DNA of 64,000 bases from Octopus vulgaris (taxonomy: Eukaryota). Location of the stretch: NCBI GenBank assembly GCA_951406725.2, contig OX597816.1, positions 17,484,001 through 17,548,000 on the forward strand, in the 5' to 3' direction. How positions within the stretch are numbered: the first letter of the stretch is position 1; each line of letters begins with the position of its first letter. Positions 13,478-26,169 of this stretch are shown here, piece by piece. The notes under the pieces are model-generated. The model had not been told where the DNA came from, searched no databases, and saw only the letters and a list, made by a program, of their open reading frames with translations. The position numbers were made by a program, and so were the translations under genes.

Positions 13478-15300
13478 GGTGGCAAGTTAGCAAAATGGTT
13501 AGCACGCCAGACGAAATGCTTAGCGGTATTTTTTCAGGGCGGCAAGCTGGCAGAAACGTTAGCATGCCGGGCGAAATGCTTAGCAGTATTTCGTCTGCGG
13601 TTTACGTTTTGAGTTCAAATTCAGCCGAAGTCGACTTTGCCTTTCATCCTTTCGGGGTCGATTAATTAAGTACCAGTTACGCACTGGGTTCGATATAATG
13701 GACTTAATCCGTTTGTCTGTCCTTGTTTGCCCTCCCTGTATATAGCCCCTTGTGGATAGTAAAGAAATAGGTATTTCGTCTGTCTTTACGTTCTGAGTTC
13801 AAATTCCGCCGAGGTCGACTTCGCTTTTCATCCTTTCGGGGTCGATAAATTAAATACCAGTCGAGTACCGAGTGCTCTATGTAATGAACTTGCTCCCTTC
13901 CCACAAATTTTAGGTTTTGTTCGTGAAGTAGAAAGGTTTATTATCACAGGCAGCGCGATGGCAAAATCGTTACCGGACAAAATCCTTAGCGGCATTTCGT
14001 CCGTCTTTACGTTCTGAGTTCAAATTTCGCCGGGGTTGATAAAAAAAATACCCTTTGAACACTGGGGTCGATGTAATGCACAAAATGCTTTGAAGCATTT
14101 CTTCAGGTTGAACGTTCTGAGTTCAAATTTCTCTGAGGTCGACTTTGCCTGTTATTCTTTCACGGTCGTTCAAATAAGTACCAGTCATGTGCTTGGGATC
14201 AGTGTAATCAACTTGCCCCATCTCCCCACATTTGAGGTCTTATTCCTTCAGTAGAAAAGGTAATCATTAGGGGTGGCGAGCGGGATAAAACTGTTGCCAA
14301 GCCTGACAAAATGCGTAGCGGTATTTCGTCTGCTGCTACGTTCTGAGTTCAAATTCGGCCGAGGTCGACTTTGCCTTTCATCCTTTCGGGGTCGAATAAA
14401 TAAGTACCAGTTATGCACTGGGGTCGATGTAATCGACTTAATCCGTTTGTCTGTCCTTGTTTGTTCCCTCTGTGTTTAGCCCCTTGTGGGTAGTAAAGAA
14501 ATAGGTATATCGTCCGTCTTCTCGTTCTGAGTTCAGATTTCACCCAAGTCGTCTTTGCCTTTCATTGTTTCACTGGGGCCTAACTAATTGACTTAGCATC
14601 TCCTCTGAAAAGGCTAACCATGAGCCAATATTTGAAACCAGTATCATTCATGCAGTTAAGGCAGTGAGCTGGCGGAATCGTTACCGCATCGAGCAAAATG
14701 CTGAGCGACATTTCGTCCGTCCTTACGTTCTAAGTTCAAATTCCGCCGATGTCAGTTTTGCCTTTCATCCTTCCGGGGTCAATAAAATAAGTACCATTTG
14801 AGTACTGCGGTCGATGTAAACGACTTGCCCCCTCCACCTAAATTGCTGACCTTGTGCCAAAATTTGGAATCAATATCATTCATACAGTTAAAGTGAGACG
14901 CTGACAGAATCGTTACCGCGCCCAGCAAAATGCTTACCGGCGTTTTGTCCGTCTTTACGCGTTGAGTTCAGATTCCGTTGTAGTCGACTTTGTCCTTCAT
15001 TCTTTCGAGGTCGATAAAACAAGTTGTAGTTGAACTGACTAACACTCTCCTCAAATATTGCAGGCTCTGTGCCTACAGTATAGAGTAATGTTATTCATTC
15101 TGGTGTATTGTTTTTGTGTTCTGTTCTAAGGACAGTCGATTGGTAGATGCTTTAGAACGCCCGACAAAATGCCATGAATTTAATTTCTGCTTAACGTTCC
15201 GAGTTCAATTCTTTCGGAGTCAGCTTTGCCTTTTATTCTTTTGGAGCCAATAAAATTAAGTACCAGTTAAGTACTAGGGTCAATATATTCAAATGCTCGT
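13478..15300 (+). mobile_element. Head-to-tail cluster of about ten family A1/A2 SINE copies and fragments
   Basis: Repeated GTTCTGAGTTCAAATT and GTCGACTTTGCCTTTCATCC cores, all on the + strand. Confidence 0.9.
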
Positions 15301-15720
15301 CTCTCTTACAATTCCAAGCAGTGTGGCTGTGTAAAAACGATTGCTTCCATAATCGTTTTACCACTTCTTTGATTATCGTAACGTTAAATAACAGCTTTGA
15401 TTTGAAACTCTCTGAAACAATATTATTCAACGACACCAAAATGGATAACAATGATGTTAAAACCATCTGTATTTCCAATTATTGCTGCTTCAGATCTGCG
15501 GATGTAGGTCAGTTAGTGCTGGTCTGATTATTTAAATATCAATAAAGTAAGAGATAAATACCCAAACGCTGACATATTTTCGAACATGTTGGCTCATATT
15601 TCATTGCACTTCTGTTGGAATTCAGAGAATACTAATGCCATGCCTATTCTCGACAACAAATTGATGCAAAGAACTACTTTCTCTTCTCTTTTCCCTGTTC
15701 TTCATATCCAACGCCATATA

Positions 15721-15787
<67 letters not shown>

Positions 15788-15788
15788 A

Positions 15789-15951
15789 GGCACAGGCGTG
15801 GCAGTGTGGTAAGAAACTTGCTTCCCAAGCACATCGTTCTGCGTTCAGTCTCACTGCTTGGCACCTTGGGTTAGTGTCTTCTATTGTAATCTTGAGACGA
15901 CCAAAGACTTGTGAATGGATTTGGTAAACGGAAATTTAAAGAACCCCGTCG

Positions 15952-16030
<79 letters not shown>

Positions 16031-16249
16031 AAATACACACACACACACATATATATATATAGGGAGAATTCACAAAAAGAAAAACAAAAGACGAAGACAG
16101 GTGGTGTAGACAACGAACAAATGTATTAGTATAACGCTCGGGAAGTTAAAAAGTCTAAGGTTTCGAGCCTACGCTCTTCCACAGAAAGGAACACAGAAAG
16201 AAACAAGGAGAGAAAATATAGAATGTATAGTGGCTACTGATCTATCATG

Positions 16250-16320
<71 letters not shown>

Positions 16321-16545
16321 GTGTGTGTTTGTGTTTGTATATCTGCTTTTGTCCCGCTCACCATCGCTTGACAACCGATGTTGGTGTATTTACGTCCCCT
16401 TAACTTAGATTTTCGGCAAAAAGACCAATAGAATAAGTACTAGGGTTACAAAGAATAAGTCCAGAGGGTCAATTTGTTTGACAAAAGGCGGTGCTCCAGC
16501 ATGGCTGCAGTCAAATGACAGTAACAAATAAAAGAATAAAGGAAT
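15789..16545 (+). mobile_element. SINE family B (tRNA head, CORE-like, internal TA/CA microsatellite) with nested insertion
   Basis: GGCACAGGCGTGGCAGTGTGGTAAG head, CCTTGGG core, tail GGTGCTCCAGCATGGCTGCAGTC..AAAAGA. Confidence 0.85.
16061..16252 (-). mobile_element. Short Penelope-like terminal fragment with degenerate hammerhead motif
   Basis: Flanked by (TA)n and (CT)n. Minus strand CTTT-CTGTGGA-A-GAGC-GTAG-GCTC-GAAAC. Homologous copy at 28480-28675. Confidence 0.65.
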
Positions 16546-16728
16546 ATATATAACTTGTTTTTAATCTCTCAGCGACAGATATACAATAACAGCACCGGAT
16601 AATAAAGTTTATTTGCCACCAGAATGTGGCTGTCCTCTAAAGGACGATGCTACTGTTGTTTAATCCCCAGGAAAACATCTTTTCCAGCTGGCTATCGACA
16701 CACAGTCGATGATGATGATGATGATGAC

Positions 16729-16766
<38 letters not shown>

Positions 16767-16809
16767 CTACGACGACGACAACCACGACTATGTTGATAAC
16801 AGCAACAAC

Positions 16810-16925
16810 AGTGCGATCACCTGACCAGACATAGGAAACTGGACACTGTTGTAGTGAATAAAAAAGAAAGAACGTATGATTATCGACATAGCATGCCCCG
16901 GTGACAAGAAGATCAATGTGAAATA
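16810..16925 (+). pseudogene. R4/Dong-clade LINE restriction-like endonuclease fragment
   Basis: QCDHLTRHRKLDTVVVNKKE..IIDIACPGD; near-identical reverse complement of 19385-19498. Confidence 0.8.
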
Positions 16926-16942
16926 ATAAATAATAATAAATG

Positions 16943-17492
16943 TCCTGATGCTGTACCAGGCAGTGGTTCTCATGGCTTCTGATCTTAACTGATTTACATT
17001 TTTTTTGTCTTGGTATAAAAGATGGGCTAAAGCAAATATTCTGCTCAATACCACAGATTTGCTTGTCAGTTGTTTGACCTTAACCAGTTGAGCTTGTCCC
17101 TTAGTGGCTGACGATATGTGCATCTCTGATCACGAGAAGAAGTAGTGGGGGAGCATCATAGCCATGTGTTGAGAGGGATTCTTTGAGGTTTGAATAATTC
17201 ACCCCTGGAAACATGGGTATTTTGTTCAACGTCCTTAGGCAAACCTTATCCAGGGATCTTTTTAACAGGATAGGCTACTCGACCTGACGAAAATTCTAAT
17301 TGGGTCCCACTTGCAGGGTCATGCGCTATTTAACTTGATATGAGATCACCATGTCAAGCATGTGATGCATGTGCCAGGTGTACCCTTATCAGACGGGTGG
17401 TCATGATGGGTATATTGGGCTTCGTATATTTTACTCCAGTGTCACTTTGATGGCATGCACTGCTCTCTCACTCAATAAAAATAATTATTATT
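16943..17492 (+). mobile_element. Retroposon 3' segment ending in (TAA)n, probably a Dong-like 3' UTR or dependent SINE
   Basis: Ends CTCACTCAATAAAAATAATTATT; an inverted homologous copy lies at 18160-18610. Confidence 0.75.
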
Positions 17493-17493
17493 A

Positions 17494-17695
17494 TGTAAGA
17501 TTGGTGAATCGATCGTGGTCAAAAAGTCGATTAGAGTCTAGCATAAACAAGACTTGTATAGAAAACACAACTGAATCGATAATTGATCAATAAAGTTTAT
17601 TAATCAATGCACCAACTACACTTCGTCCCATACCGAGATTAGACGGGAAATTCCGATAAAATGACAGATGCTATACAACTCCATTTAGAAAGCAA

Positions 17696-17697
<2 letters not shown>
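17494..17697. mobile_element. Possible solo LTR
   Basis: TGT...ACA termini, internal AATAAA/TTTATT, inserted within (TTA)n so the TSD cannot be resolved. Confidence 0.3.
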
Positions 17698-17750
<53 letters not shown>

Positions 17751-17807
17751 AATATCATCAGCATCAGCATCATCATTATCATTATTATTATTATTATAAG
17801 AATCGAT

Positions 17808-17858
<51 letters not shown>

Positions 17859-17867
17859 TATTATTAA

Positions 17868-17899
<32 letters not shown>

Positions 17900-17901
<2 letters not shown>

Positions 17902-18152
17902 TTATTGTCTTTGCACAGCTTCTGACTGACGCTGGAGATACACTACCGTGTCAACTGTTAACTTCTAGTGAACTAAGGTAACACCCCTTAGTTTTCGAGT
18001 ACCAGCCGGAGTATTCGAGTGGTTCCAAGCTGTGCTGTTTTCTGCAAGTGCTCCACCCTTATTGCAGCCCCTATTTGTTCTATGTACTTCTCGAGATTTT
18101 TACTCACAACAATTATTGATGCTATTACCACCATTTCCAGCGACCACAATTG
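17900..18152 (-). pseudogene. R4/Dong-clade LINE 3' end (family 1)
   Basis: LEKYIEQIGAAIRVEHLQKTAQLGTTRILRLVLE, then a short UTR and (TAA)n. Confidence 0.85.
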
Positions 18153-18159
18153 CTTCTTC

Positions 18160-18606
18160 TTATTATTATTGAGTGAGAAAGCAGTGCATGCCATCAAAGT
18201 GACACTGGGGTAAAATATACGAAGCCCAATATACCCATCATGACTACCCGTCTGATAAAGGTACACCAGGCACACAACCATATGTGCGCGACATGGTGAT
18301 CTCATATCAAGATAAACAGCACATGACCTTGCAGGTGGGGTCCAGTTAGAATTTTCTTCAGGTTGAGTAGCCCATCCCGCTCAAACGGTCCCTGAATAAG
18401 GGTTGTTTAAGGATGTTGAAAGAACCACCCATGTTTCCAGAGGTGAACTATTCAAACCCCAAAGAATCCCTCTCAACACATGGCTATGATGCTCCCCCAC
18501 TACTTCTGCTCGTGATCAGAGATGCACATATCGTCAGCCACTAAGGGACATGCTCAACTGGTTAAGGTCAAACAACTGACAAGCAAATCTGTGGTATTGA
18601 GCAGAA

Positions 18607-18610
<4 letters not shown>
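18160..18610 (-). mobile_element. Second copy of the (TAA)n-tailed retroposon segment
   Basis: Reverse complement of 17035-17480. Confidence 0.8.
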
Positions 18611-18698
<88 letters not shown>

Positions 18699-18701
<3 letters not shown>

Positions 18702-18926
18702 TAGTTTTATTTTTATAGCGTGCTTTCACTTCACTACCGAGCGCAGCTCTGTGTGCCTTGGGTATGTGCTGTGATTTGTTGTGATGCTCTGGTGGTTATT
18801 GTATGGAAAGTGTTCTGCGTAGGATGTGTGCAATGCCTTGTAGTGCAATTTTCTGTATGTTATATGTGTTTGTAAGTCCTGGTGTTTTTGTTATGTATTT
18901 GTCTGAATATTTTTTTATCATGCCTA
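18699..18926 (-). pseudogene. R4/Dong-clade LINE 3' end (family 2)
   Basis: GMIKKYSDKYITKTPGLTNTYNIQKIALQGIAHILRRTLS, with (TAA)n on both sides. Confidence 0.75.
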
Positions 18927-19011
<85 letters not shown>

Positions 19012-19071
19012 AATATTGTTATTATTGTTGTTGTTGTTGTTATTATCATCATCATTATTATTATTATTATA

Positions 19072-19562
19072 CGAAAACTCAGTGCTTATTTTGCTGCGTT
19101 CGATGGAAAGTGTCAGTTGCCCACAACCAACAGACTAAGGTGACACTTGTTTACTGGTCATGCTTCAAGAACCCTGCAAAGAATTCTTGCAGTTCCAAGC
19201 AATGCTGATTTTTGTAGGTGTTTTACCTTCACACTTGCACCGATCTTTTTCAGCCATGCTGGTAGATGAGTGCTGATACTTCCAAGTGCACCGAGTACTA
19301 TTGGTATCACGTCAACTCTTTTCAATGACCACAACATTCGTATTTCCGATTTAAATCGTCGTAGTTGTTTATTTTTTTCTTCTTTCACTTTGATCTTGTT
19401 GTCACCGGGGCATGCTATGTCGATAATCATACGTTCTTTCTTTTTTTATTCACTACAACAGTGTCCAGTTTCCTATGTCTGGTCAGGTGATCGCACTGGA
19501 TCATTACATCCCACAGGATTTTGTAATTCTCATTTTCGGTGACTCCTTCTAGTGTTCATACT
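19072..19562 (-). pseudogene. R4/Dong-clade LINE 3' end (family 3) with RLE domain
   Basis: ENENYKILWDVMIQCDH..IIDIACPGD..LWSLKRVDVIPIVLGALG..LQKSALLGTARIL, followed by (TAA)n. Confidence 0.9.
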
Positions 19563-19654
19563 ATGTTTTGCTCTGACCTTAAAGGTGTCACGAAAGGCCT
19601 AGTTGGTGATCTAATCTTCCAAATTCTTCTACGGGGCTTAGAAAAAAAAAAAAA

Positions 19655-19772
19655 AGGACCGCTGCAATAAGTGTGTGCATGTGAAAGGGAAATATGTTGA
19701 ATTAAGTCATAATTAACTGATTCTCCTGTATTTTCTTTTACGCAAAACCAGGAACTTTTCAACACCTCTTGA
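19655..19772 (+). mobile_element. Mariner 3' end remnant
   Basis: RCNKCVHVKGKYVE-like transposase C-terminus followed by TIR-like CCAGGAACTTTTCAACACC. Confidence 0.6.
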
Positions 19773-19900
19773 ATGAAAAGAGTAACCTTCACAATTTTAT
19801 TGAATTAGGTGCATATTTTGCCATAAAAGGAACACGCTACTATCGTTTTATTTTATCCATGGTAGGCACTGCCTACCTTGACTAGCTAGGCGGTATGTCC

Positions 19901-19950
<50 letters not shown>

Positions 19951-19970
19951 TAATTTAAAATAATTAAAAT

Positions 19971-20022
<52 letters not shown>

Positions 20023-20167
20023 TTCACCATATATATATATATATATATATCTAAATTAGAAAAAAAACACCTTTTATCAGTTCAATAACGGAAAAATTAA
20101 ATATAAGATAAAAACATATACCAATGATTAAGTAAAGTACAAGATGATAAATATAATGTATATAATC

Positions 20168-20229
<62 letters not shown>

Positions 20230-20395
20230 GGCGCAGGAGTGGCTGTGTGGTAAGTAGCTTGCTTACCAACCACATTGTTCCGGGTTCAGTCCCACTGCGT
20301 GGCATTTGGGCAAGTGTCTTCTACTATAGCCTCGGGCCGATCAAAGCCTTGTGAGTGGATTTGGTAGACAGAAACTGAAAAGAAGCCCGTCGTAC

Positions 20396-20456
<61 letters not shown>

Positions 20457-20690
20457 TGTGTGCGTGTATGTTTGTGTGTCTGTGTTTGTCCCCCTAGCAT
20501 TGCTTGAGAACCAATGCTGGTGTGTTTATGTTCCCGTCACTTAGCGGTTCGGCAAAAGAGACCGATAGAATAAGTACTGGGCTTGCAAAAGAATAAGTCT
20601 CGGGGTCGATTTGCTCGATTAAAGGCGGTGCTCCAGCATGGCCGCAGTCAACTGACTGAAACAAGTAAAAGAGTAAAAGAGTATAAGAGT
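20230..20690 (+). mobile_element. SINE family B, full length
   Basis: Head GGCGCAGGAGTGGCTGTGTGGTAAG, internal (TA)n, tail (GTAAAAGA)n. Confidence 0.9.
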
Positions 20691-20760
20691 ATATATATAT
20701 ATATAAATTCATAAGTAAAAGAGTCAAACGGAAGAGCAAGTACGGTTTGGCAGCTTTTTA

Positions 20761-20882
20761 ATCGCTACAAATGTTTCGATACATACATATCCTCTTATAT
20801 ACAGGATTTTAAGTTGATTTTAAATTAAATTATTTAGCGATTTACCTGTATAGGAAGATCTATATGTATCTCCTCAGGCAAT
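20761..20882 (-). ncRNA. Type I hammerhead ribozyme motif with extended stem II
   Basis: Minus strand: ATTGC-CTGAGGA-GATACATA..TATGTATC (93-nt stem II domain)-GAAACATTTGTA-GCGAT; GUA cleavage triplet. Confidence 0.75.
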
Positions 20883-21149
20883 ACTCACTCGCTGTCTCTG
20901 TAAGCAAATTTAGATTTCCATGCTACAACATCCATGGCTTCTTTGAAACTAACAAAACACTGACGGTTTCAATTCGTTCGGTATGAGTGTATTATCACGT
21001 TCGACATGAGCTGCAATGTGCACTTTGTCTGTTAATTTATTCCGTTTCAACCTGTTTACGAAAAATACATTCATCGAGCTCTATTTGTACACTTATACAT
21101 TCTTAACAGAACACACCTCAACTGACTATATTCATACATATGTGTGTGT

Positions 21150-21345
21150 GTGTGTTTTACATTGGAATGTGAAGACGCAAGCTGGAAAGCAGAGCATTTT
21201 CCAATCGAAGTTGGATGTAGAGTGTTTGTTGGGCACAGTGTGAGACAACTGTTGTTATCGTTAGGCCTAACTCATCGTAAAGTCAGACCAATATCCAAAC
21301 TACAGTGGAGAAGGTTAGCCACTGGATTTGGTTAAAAAAAAGACG
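21150..21345 (+). pseudogene. RLE-bearing LINE (HERO-like) endonuclease fragment
   Basis: LECEDASWKAEHFPIEVGCRVFVGHSVRQLLLSLG matches the P(V/I)EVGCRGF motif. Confidence 0.75.
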
Positions 21346-21426
21346 ATGAGCAATGGCTAGAGAAATAGTGAGCTTTATCTAATAACCAGCTGATCTAGCA
21401 AGTGGGGCCTAATATATATATATATT

Positions 21427-21716
21427 ACCGTGATTACCGTGACCGACCAGGCCATCAGATGTTGTTATACATCGCTGGTCACAATGCGCTTCGCATTGTT
21501 TTAACCTTCGAATGACGCCACCCCGCTGGCTAAGCGAGCAGGCCAACAGAAGGAAGAGTGAGAGAAAGTTGTGGTGAAAGAGTACAGCAGGGATCACCAC
21601 CCCCTGCCGGAGCCTCGTGGAGCTTTTAGGTGTTTTCGCTCAATAAACACTCACAATCGAAACCGCGATCCTACGACCGCGAGTCCGCTGCCCTAACCAC
21701 TAGGCCATTGCGCCTC

Positions 21717-21719
<3 letters not shown>
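21427..21719 (-). mobile_element. tRNA-derived SINE family E
   Basis: Head GTGGAGGCGCAATGGCCTAGTGGTTAGGGCAGCGGACTCG..GGTTTCGAT; partial copy at 48290-48460. Confidence 0.85.
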
Positions 21720-21756
<37 letters not shown>

Positions 21757-22289
21757 CACACACACATATATATATACACATACACACAGAGTTTCCGTGT
21801 AGTAAATTAACTCACAAGACATTAGTCATGTCGTATCTATAGCATAAGAAACACACTTGTCCAAGACACAGCACGTAGTGGGACTGAAACCGAAAGCATA
21901 TGATTACAAATCGAGCTCAGCATAAATTAATTACTTCACTACGTCTTCATGGGATGGATTTTAAGTCTGCTACAAAGCTTTCAACCAGTTTATCTTTTAC
22001 TATTTATGTCCGCAGTATTATTAGAATACAAATTGATATTCAAAACTATAATGTTATTTTGAATATAGCCACATATCTATTAGTAGAAATAAATATCTTA
22101 GCTCCGCACAAATCAATAAAGATAGATACTGGTTGAGAAGCAGGACTGCCAGAATATATCCGATATTCAAGAGAATCTTTCACAGTTTTTCCTCTAATGA
22201 GGATTGATCGTTGTCCATATTTTCTGATTATCTTACCAAATCATTACAAGCAATCAAAATTAAATCACTCACACTATCTTCAACAGATC

Positions 22290-24215
22290 GTGAATTCAAC
22301 TGTAATGAAATTAATTACCTCTAAGAAGAAGGTATAATTGAGCCTTTACATTTACTCTGGCGTGCGTAAGTTCTTGTCATAAAGAACTAATAAACCTCGC
22401 TTAGTGATAGTCGACTGACAAACTGTCAATAGTTACTCTCAGTTCGATGCTTACCATTCTGGCTGACATCCAAAATATTTGAAATGCTGCTACTAAAAAT
22501 AAAATTTTCTCCAAAATAAACCTGAAACCGAAACGTACTAATTTGTTGTGTTGATAAAACCTATCTCGCATTTAAAGGCTAATAAGAAATTGCGAATTTT
22601 GTCTATTGCCTTTTGGTTGTCACACAAGTACTTCCATTATTTCAAAAACTAATTGTTTGAGATGCATAGCCCGATGGCAACATTCTCGTATAATAACTTT
22701 GAGGTGACAAAAGACTCGCTGCTTTTATTAACATTATTAAAGAAATTAATCTTACATTGAATAATGACAAATATTGTAATTAGTTTTAAGAAATTTGTCT
22801 TACTTGGTCTTTACTTGGAAATTGTAGCAAACATCTCGAGCTGCCTGGTTAATACCTTTGATAGATTCTGTCCATTCACTTCGTTTTGCCCGTCTTTTTA
22901 GGATATTTTGCTTAGAACGCTAACTGGATCGAAAATTACTCTAATAAAGTTAAACCTTTGTTAATTGCACAGCATGAAAAGTGATTTCCATTGAATGCAG
23001 ACGAATTACCATTTATTGCTACACACATTAAATGCCAATATCGTTACATCGTCTCTGGTCACATCAGATGAAAAAAGGGGACTATTAATTATTGAGACTG
23101 ATGCTTGTAGTAAAGTTATCAGTCAAGAACACTATAGCGAACTGAACGAGGACAAACTGCCGTGAAGTTAGACTCATTGGCAATCATTGAAGCTTTTCGG
23201 AAATGAAGTTCTTTCATTGAAGTGTTTCATACACTTGTAAAGACGGACCAACAAGCCGTGGCATTTCCTTTTTCAAATGGAAAATTAATTTGATGGCGAC
23301 TCCTACTATGTTGATTGCTACGAAATGACCTTTAAATGAGGTTCTGATAATGGAACAACAAATTCAATTTCTCGTACAGTTGGAATAATGAATGGTATGA
23401 ACAAATGTTATTAACAAATTGTTATCTCAGCAGGATTCAATCGGCCATCCATGTATGACTACCGTCAGCAGATAAATATATAAGCACCATTAACCATTTT
23501 CATTGATAGAAGGGAGTCATTGCGTTCTAAATTTCATAACTTGTACAAACAACAAACCGAGATTTGGATCTTATCGGTTTGAACGGCAGTTTTTAAAAAT
23601 AATTTCCACGTAACTAAACACTTTTAAACTTCGTATACTGGTAGAATGTGTTCATAAAACATATTTTTCTCTTGGCTTTATTGAGAAAATTCTATAGTTT
23701 GTAAGATATTTGTTGTTTTTCTTCTTCAATTTCTGCAATTTCAACCAATCAGTGACATCTATTGAGGTAAAAAAAACCATTCTGTGTCGTATGAATATGT
23801 CCCTCCTTTAAGAAACAGATTGGGAGAAAAAACTGCCGTTCAAACCGAAAATATCCGAGATTTTTCAAATCCGAAACAAGTGAACAGGTTTTAAAGGTCT
23901 CTAATGCTAGTAAAAATTTTGGCAGAATTATAAATCCGTGACAAGGATTACAGCAAAGACCATCTGGTAACTACTACCAGCTAACTATTATTGATGAATA
24001 GGAATTTCTATATGAATTTTCACTGAAAAAGATATCATTTTTCATCTGTTTTAAACTATATTTATTTTCATCTTCAACATCTCTGAATTTATTCATTCTG
24101 ACAGGGGCACTCAACTTTGTGAAGAGTTTATTTCATTATGTCTCCAAGAAAAATCTATCTTTTCCTGTTATATAACCATTTAAGCATCGGAGGAACAGAA
24201 GCGCACAAGATACCT
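22290..24215 (+). pseudogene. Decayed Ty3/Gypsy pol (RT-RNase H-integrase)
   Basis: EEGIIEP..LWRA.VLVIK, KPRLVI, TVNSYSQFDAY, IETDAC, LAIIEAFRK, TDQQAVAF, LTIIDE and FIHSDRGTQ in Gypsy order, with many stops and frameshifts. Confidence 0.85.
23566..23856. mobile_element. Second copy of the 99-509 MITE, inverted and internally deleted, inserted in the Gypsy fossil
   Basis: Same TIRs; GAGATTT direct repeat on both flanks. Confidence 0.9.
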
Positions 24216-24545
24216 ACACTCTCACCTGAATCATATTCGCGATTTAGCATTATAGCTTCTACACAGTATTGCATTTCCATCTGTTATGAAATAATTCTTA
24301 AATGATATAAGATTTCTTTACGAAAGTTGCCGTAGTTTGCCATAGTTTTATTAAACCAAAAGTCTGGCGCAAGAATGGGTTATTTTCTACTCAGTGGTAA
24401 ACATCTGTACAAAAAATATATCGAGATTAGTAAGCATAGAAAACCATTTCTAAGGAGGTTAAAAATAAATATTACACAAATTAAAGCATAATATAAAATA
24501 CGTGAGACACAATAAATGGTTATCTTTCCCAAATCTACGATCGAA

Positions 24546-24946
24546 TACTCTTCTACTCTTTTACTTGGACTGTGGCCATGCTGGAGCACCGCCTTAGTCG
24601 AGCAAATCGCCCCCAGGACTTATTCTTTGTAAGCCTAGTACTTATTCTATCGGTCTCTTTTGCCGAATCGCTAATGTTACGGGGACGTAAACACACCAGC
24701 ATTGGTTGTCAAACGATGTTGGAGGGGGGGGCAAACACAGACACACAAACATATACACACACATACATATATATATATATACATATATACGACGGGCTTC
24801 TTTCAGTTTCCGTCTACCAAATCCACTCACAAGGCTTTAGTCAGCCCGAGGCTATTGTAGAAGACACTTGCCCAAGGTGCCACGCAGTAGGGCTGAACCC
24901 GGAACCATGTGGTTGGTAATCAAGCTACTTACCACACAGCCACTCC
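24546..24946 (-). mobile_element. SINE family B
   Basis: Reverse complement of 20230-20690. Confidence 0.9.
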
Positions 24947-25645
24947 AGACAGCTGTGCGTAATTTGAAGGAGATTTCGCTATTGTTTCTTGCAGCTCAAT
25001 CTTCATTGACTCATACAATGTTTATATTTCAAACCACGATGGTTAGTTATATTAACGTTTCCACGTGTTAGAAGGGAGTTGGTTGATTCGGTGAAAAGCT
25101 ACCGACATCTATTAGTATGGAACCGGGTTTCTAGGTAATTTATGCAAAACAGTGAAATTGTTGTGCAGCTGTGTCAAAAGAATGGTACCAGGATATGACT
25201 ATGATGTCATCTATTTTTTTGTGGCAATATGAATATTTCGTGGAAGTGGGTGAAAGCCGTGTACTTATAACTTGACAAGACTGATCGTTTGGTATATCCA
25301 TTCAGAAAATCGCAGCTTGTACATCTGTTGTACACTACATCGGCTTGGCATGCCAACGTAGAAACATAGTAAGCCACTTAGCTTTTTTGTGTTGTTTTTA
25401 AGGAGGTGTTGAATTCTTTGTGAATAAATGGGTTGCGAAGAGAATATAGTCGAAAGATTTGTTGATGTTAATTATAGTTAAGAAAGTAGCGAGTGTAGAT
25501 TCTAGTTAAGATGTTGCGTGTGTGTGTGTGCATCGTGGAAGGTTTCCTGTAGTCTGTCTAAAGTTTAGGATTAATGAGGTGACTGAGTGTAGAGGTCTAA
25601 GTCTATGCAGAAAGAGAACTGCATCGACCAGTGATTATAAGACAT

Positions 25646-26066
25646 TACTCTTTACTCTTTTACTGGTTTCAGGCATTTGACTGTGGCCATGCTGGAGCAC
25701 CGCCTTTTAGTCGAGCAAATCGACCCCAGGACTTATTCTTTGTAAGCCTAGTACTTATTCTATCGGTCTCTTTTGCCGAACCGCTAATGTTCCGGGGACA
25801 TAAACACACCAGCATCGGTTGTCAAGCGATGTTGGGGTGAGGGGGTGGGGGCAAACAGAGACACACAAACATACACACACACACACATATATATACATAT
25901 ATACGACAGGCTTCTTTCAGTTTCCGCCTACCAAATCCACTCACAGAGCATTGGTCGGCCCGAGGCTGTAGTAGAAGACACTTGCCCAAGGTGCCACGCA
26001 GTGGGATTGAACTCGGAACCATATGGTTGGTAAGCAAGCTACTTACCAAACAGCCACTCCTGCGCC
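25646..26066 (-). mobile_element. SINE family B
   Basis: Reverse complement of 20230-20690. Confidence 0.9.
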
Positions 26067-26169
26067 TATTCGTTTACATTATTTGATATTTCGTTTCTTT
26101 CTTGTTTGTTGCTGAGTTTTACTAGGAATATCATTATTGTTTTTATTACAGTTGCTGTAAAAACCCAAG

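Noticed and set aside
21630-21719. tRNA genes at SINE heads (also 41001, 35400-35460 and others)
   Set aside because: A/B boxes are present but no complete cloverleaf or terminator; each continues into a SINE body
22110-22140. IDTG as the Gypsy protease active site
   Set aside because: Spacing to RT is short and the surrounding residues are unrecognisable; left outside the call
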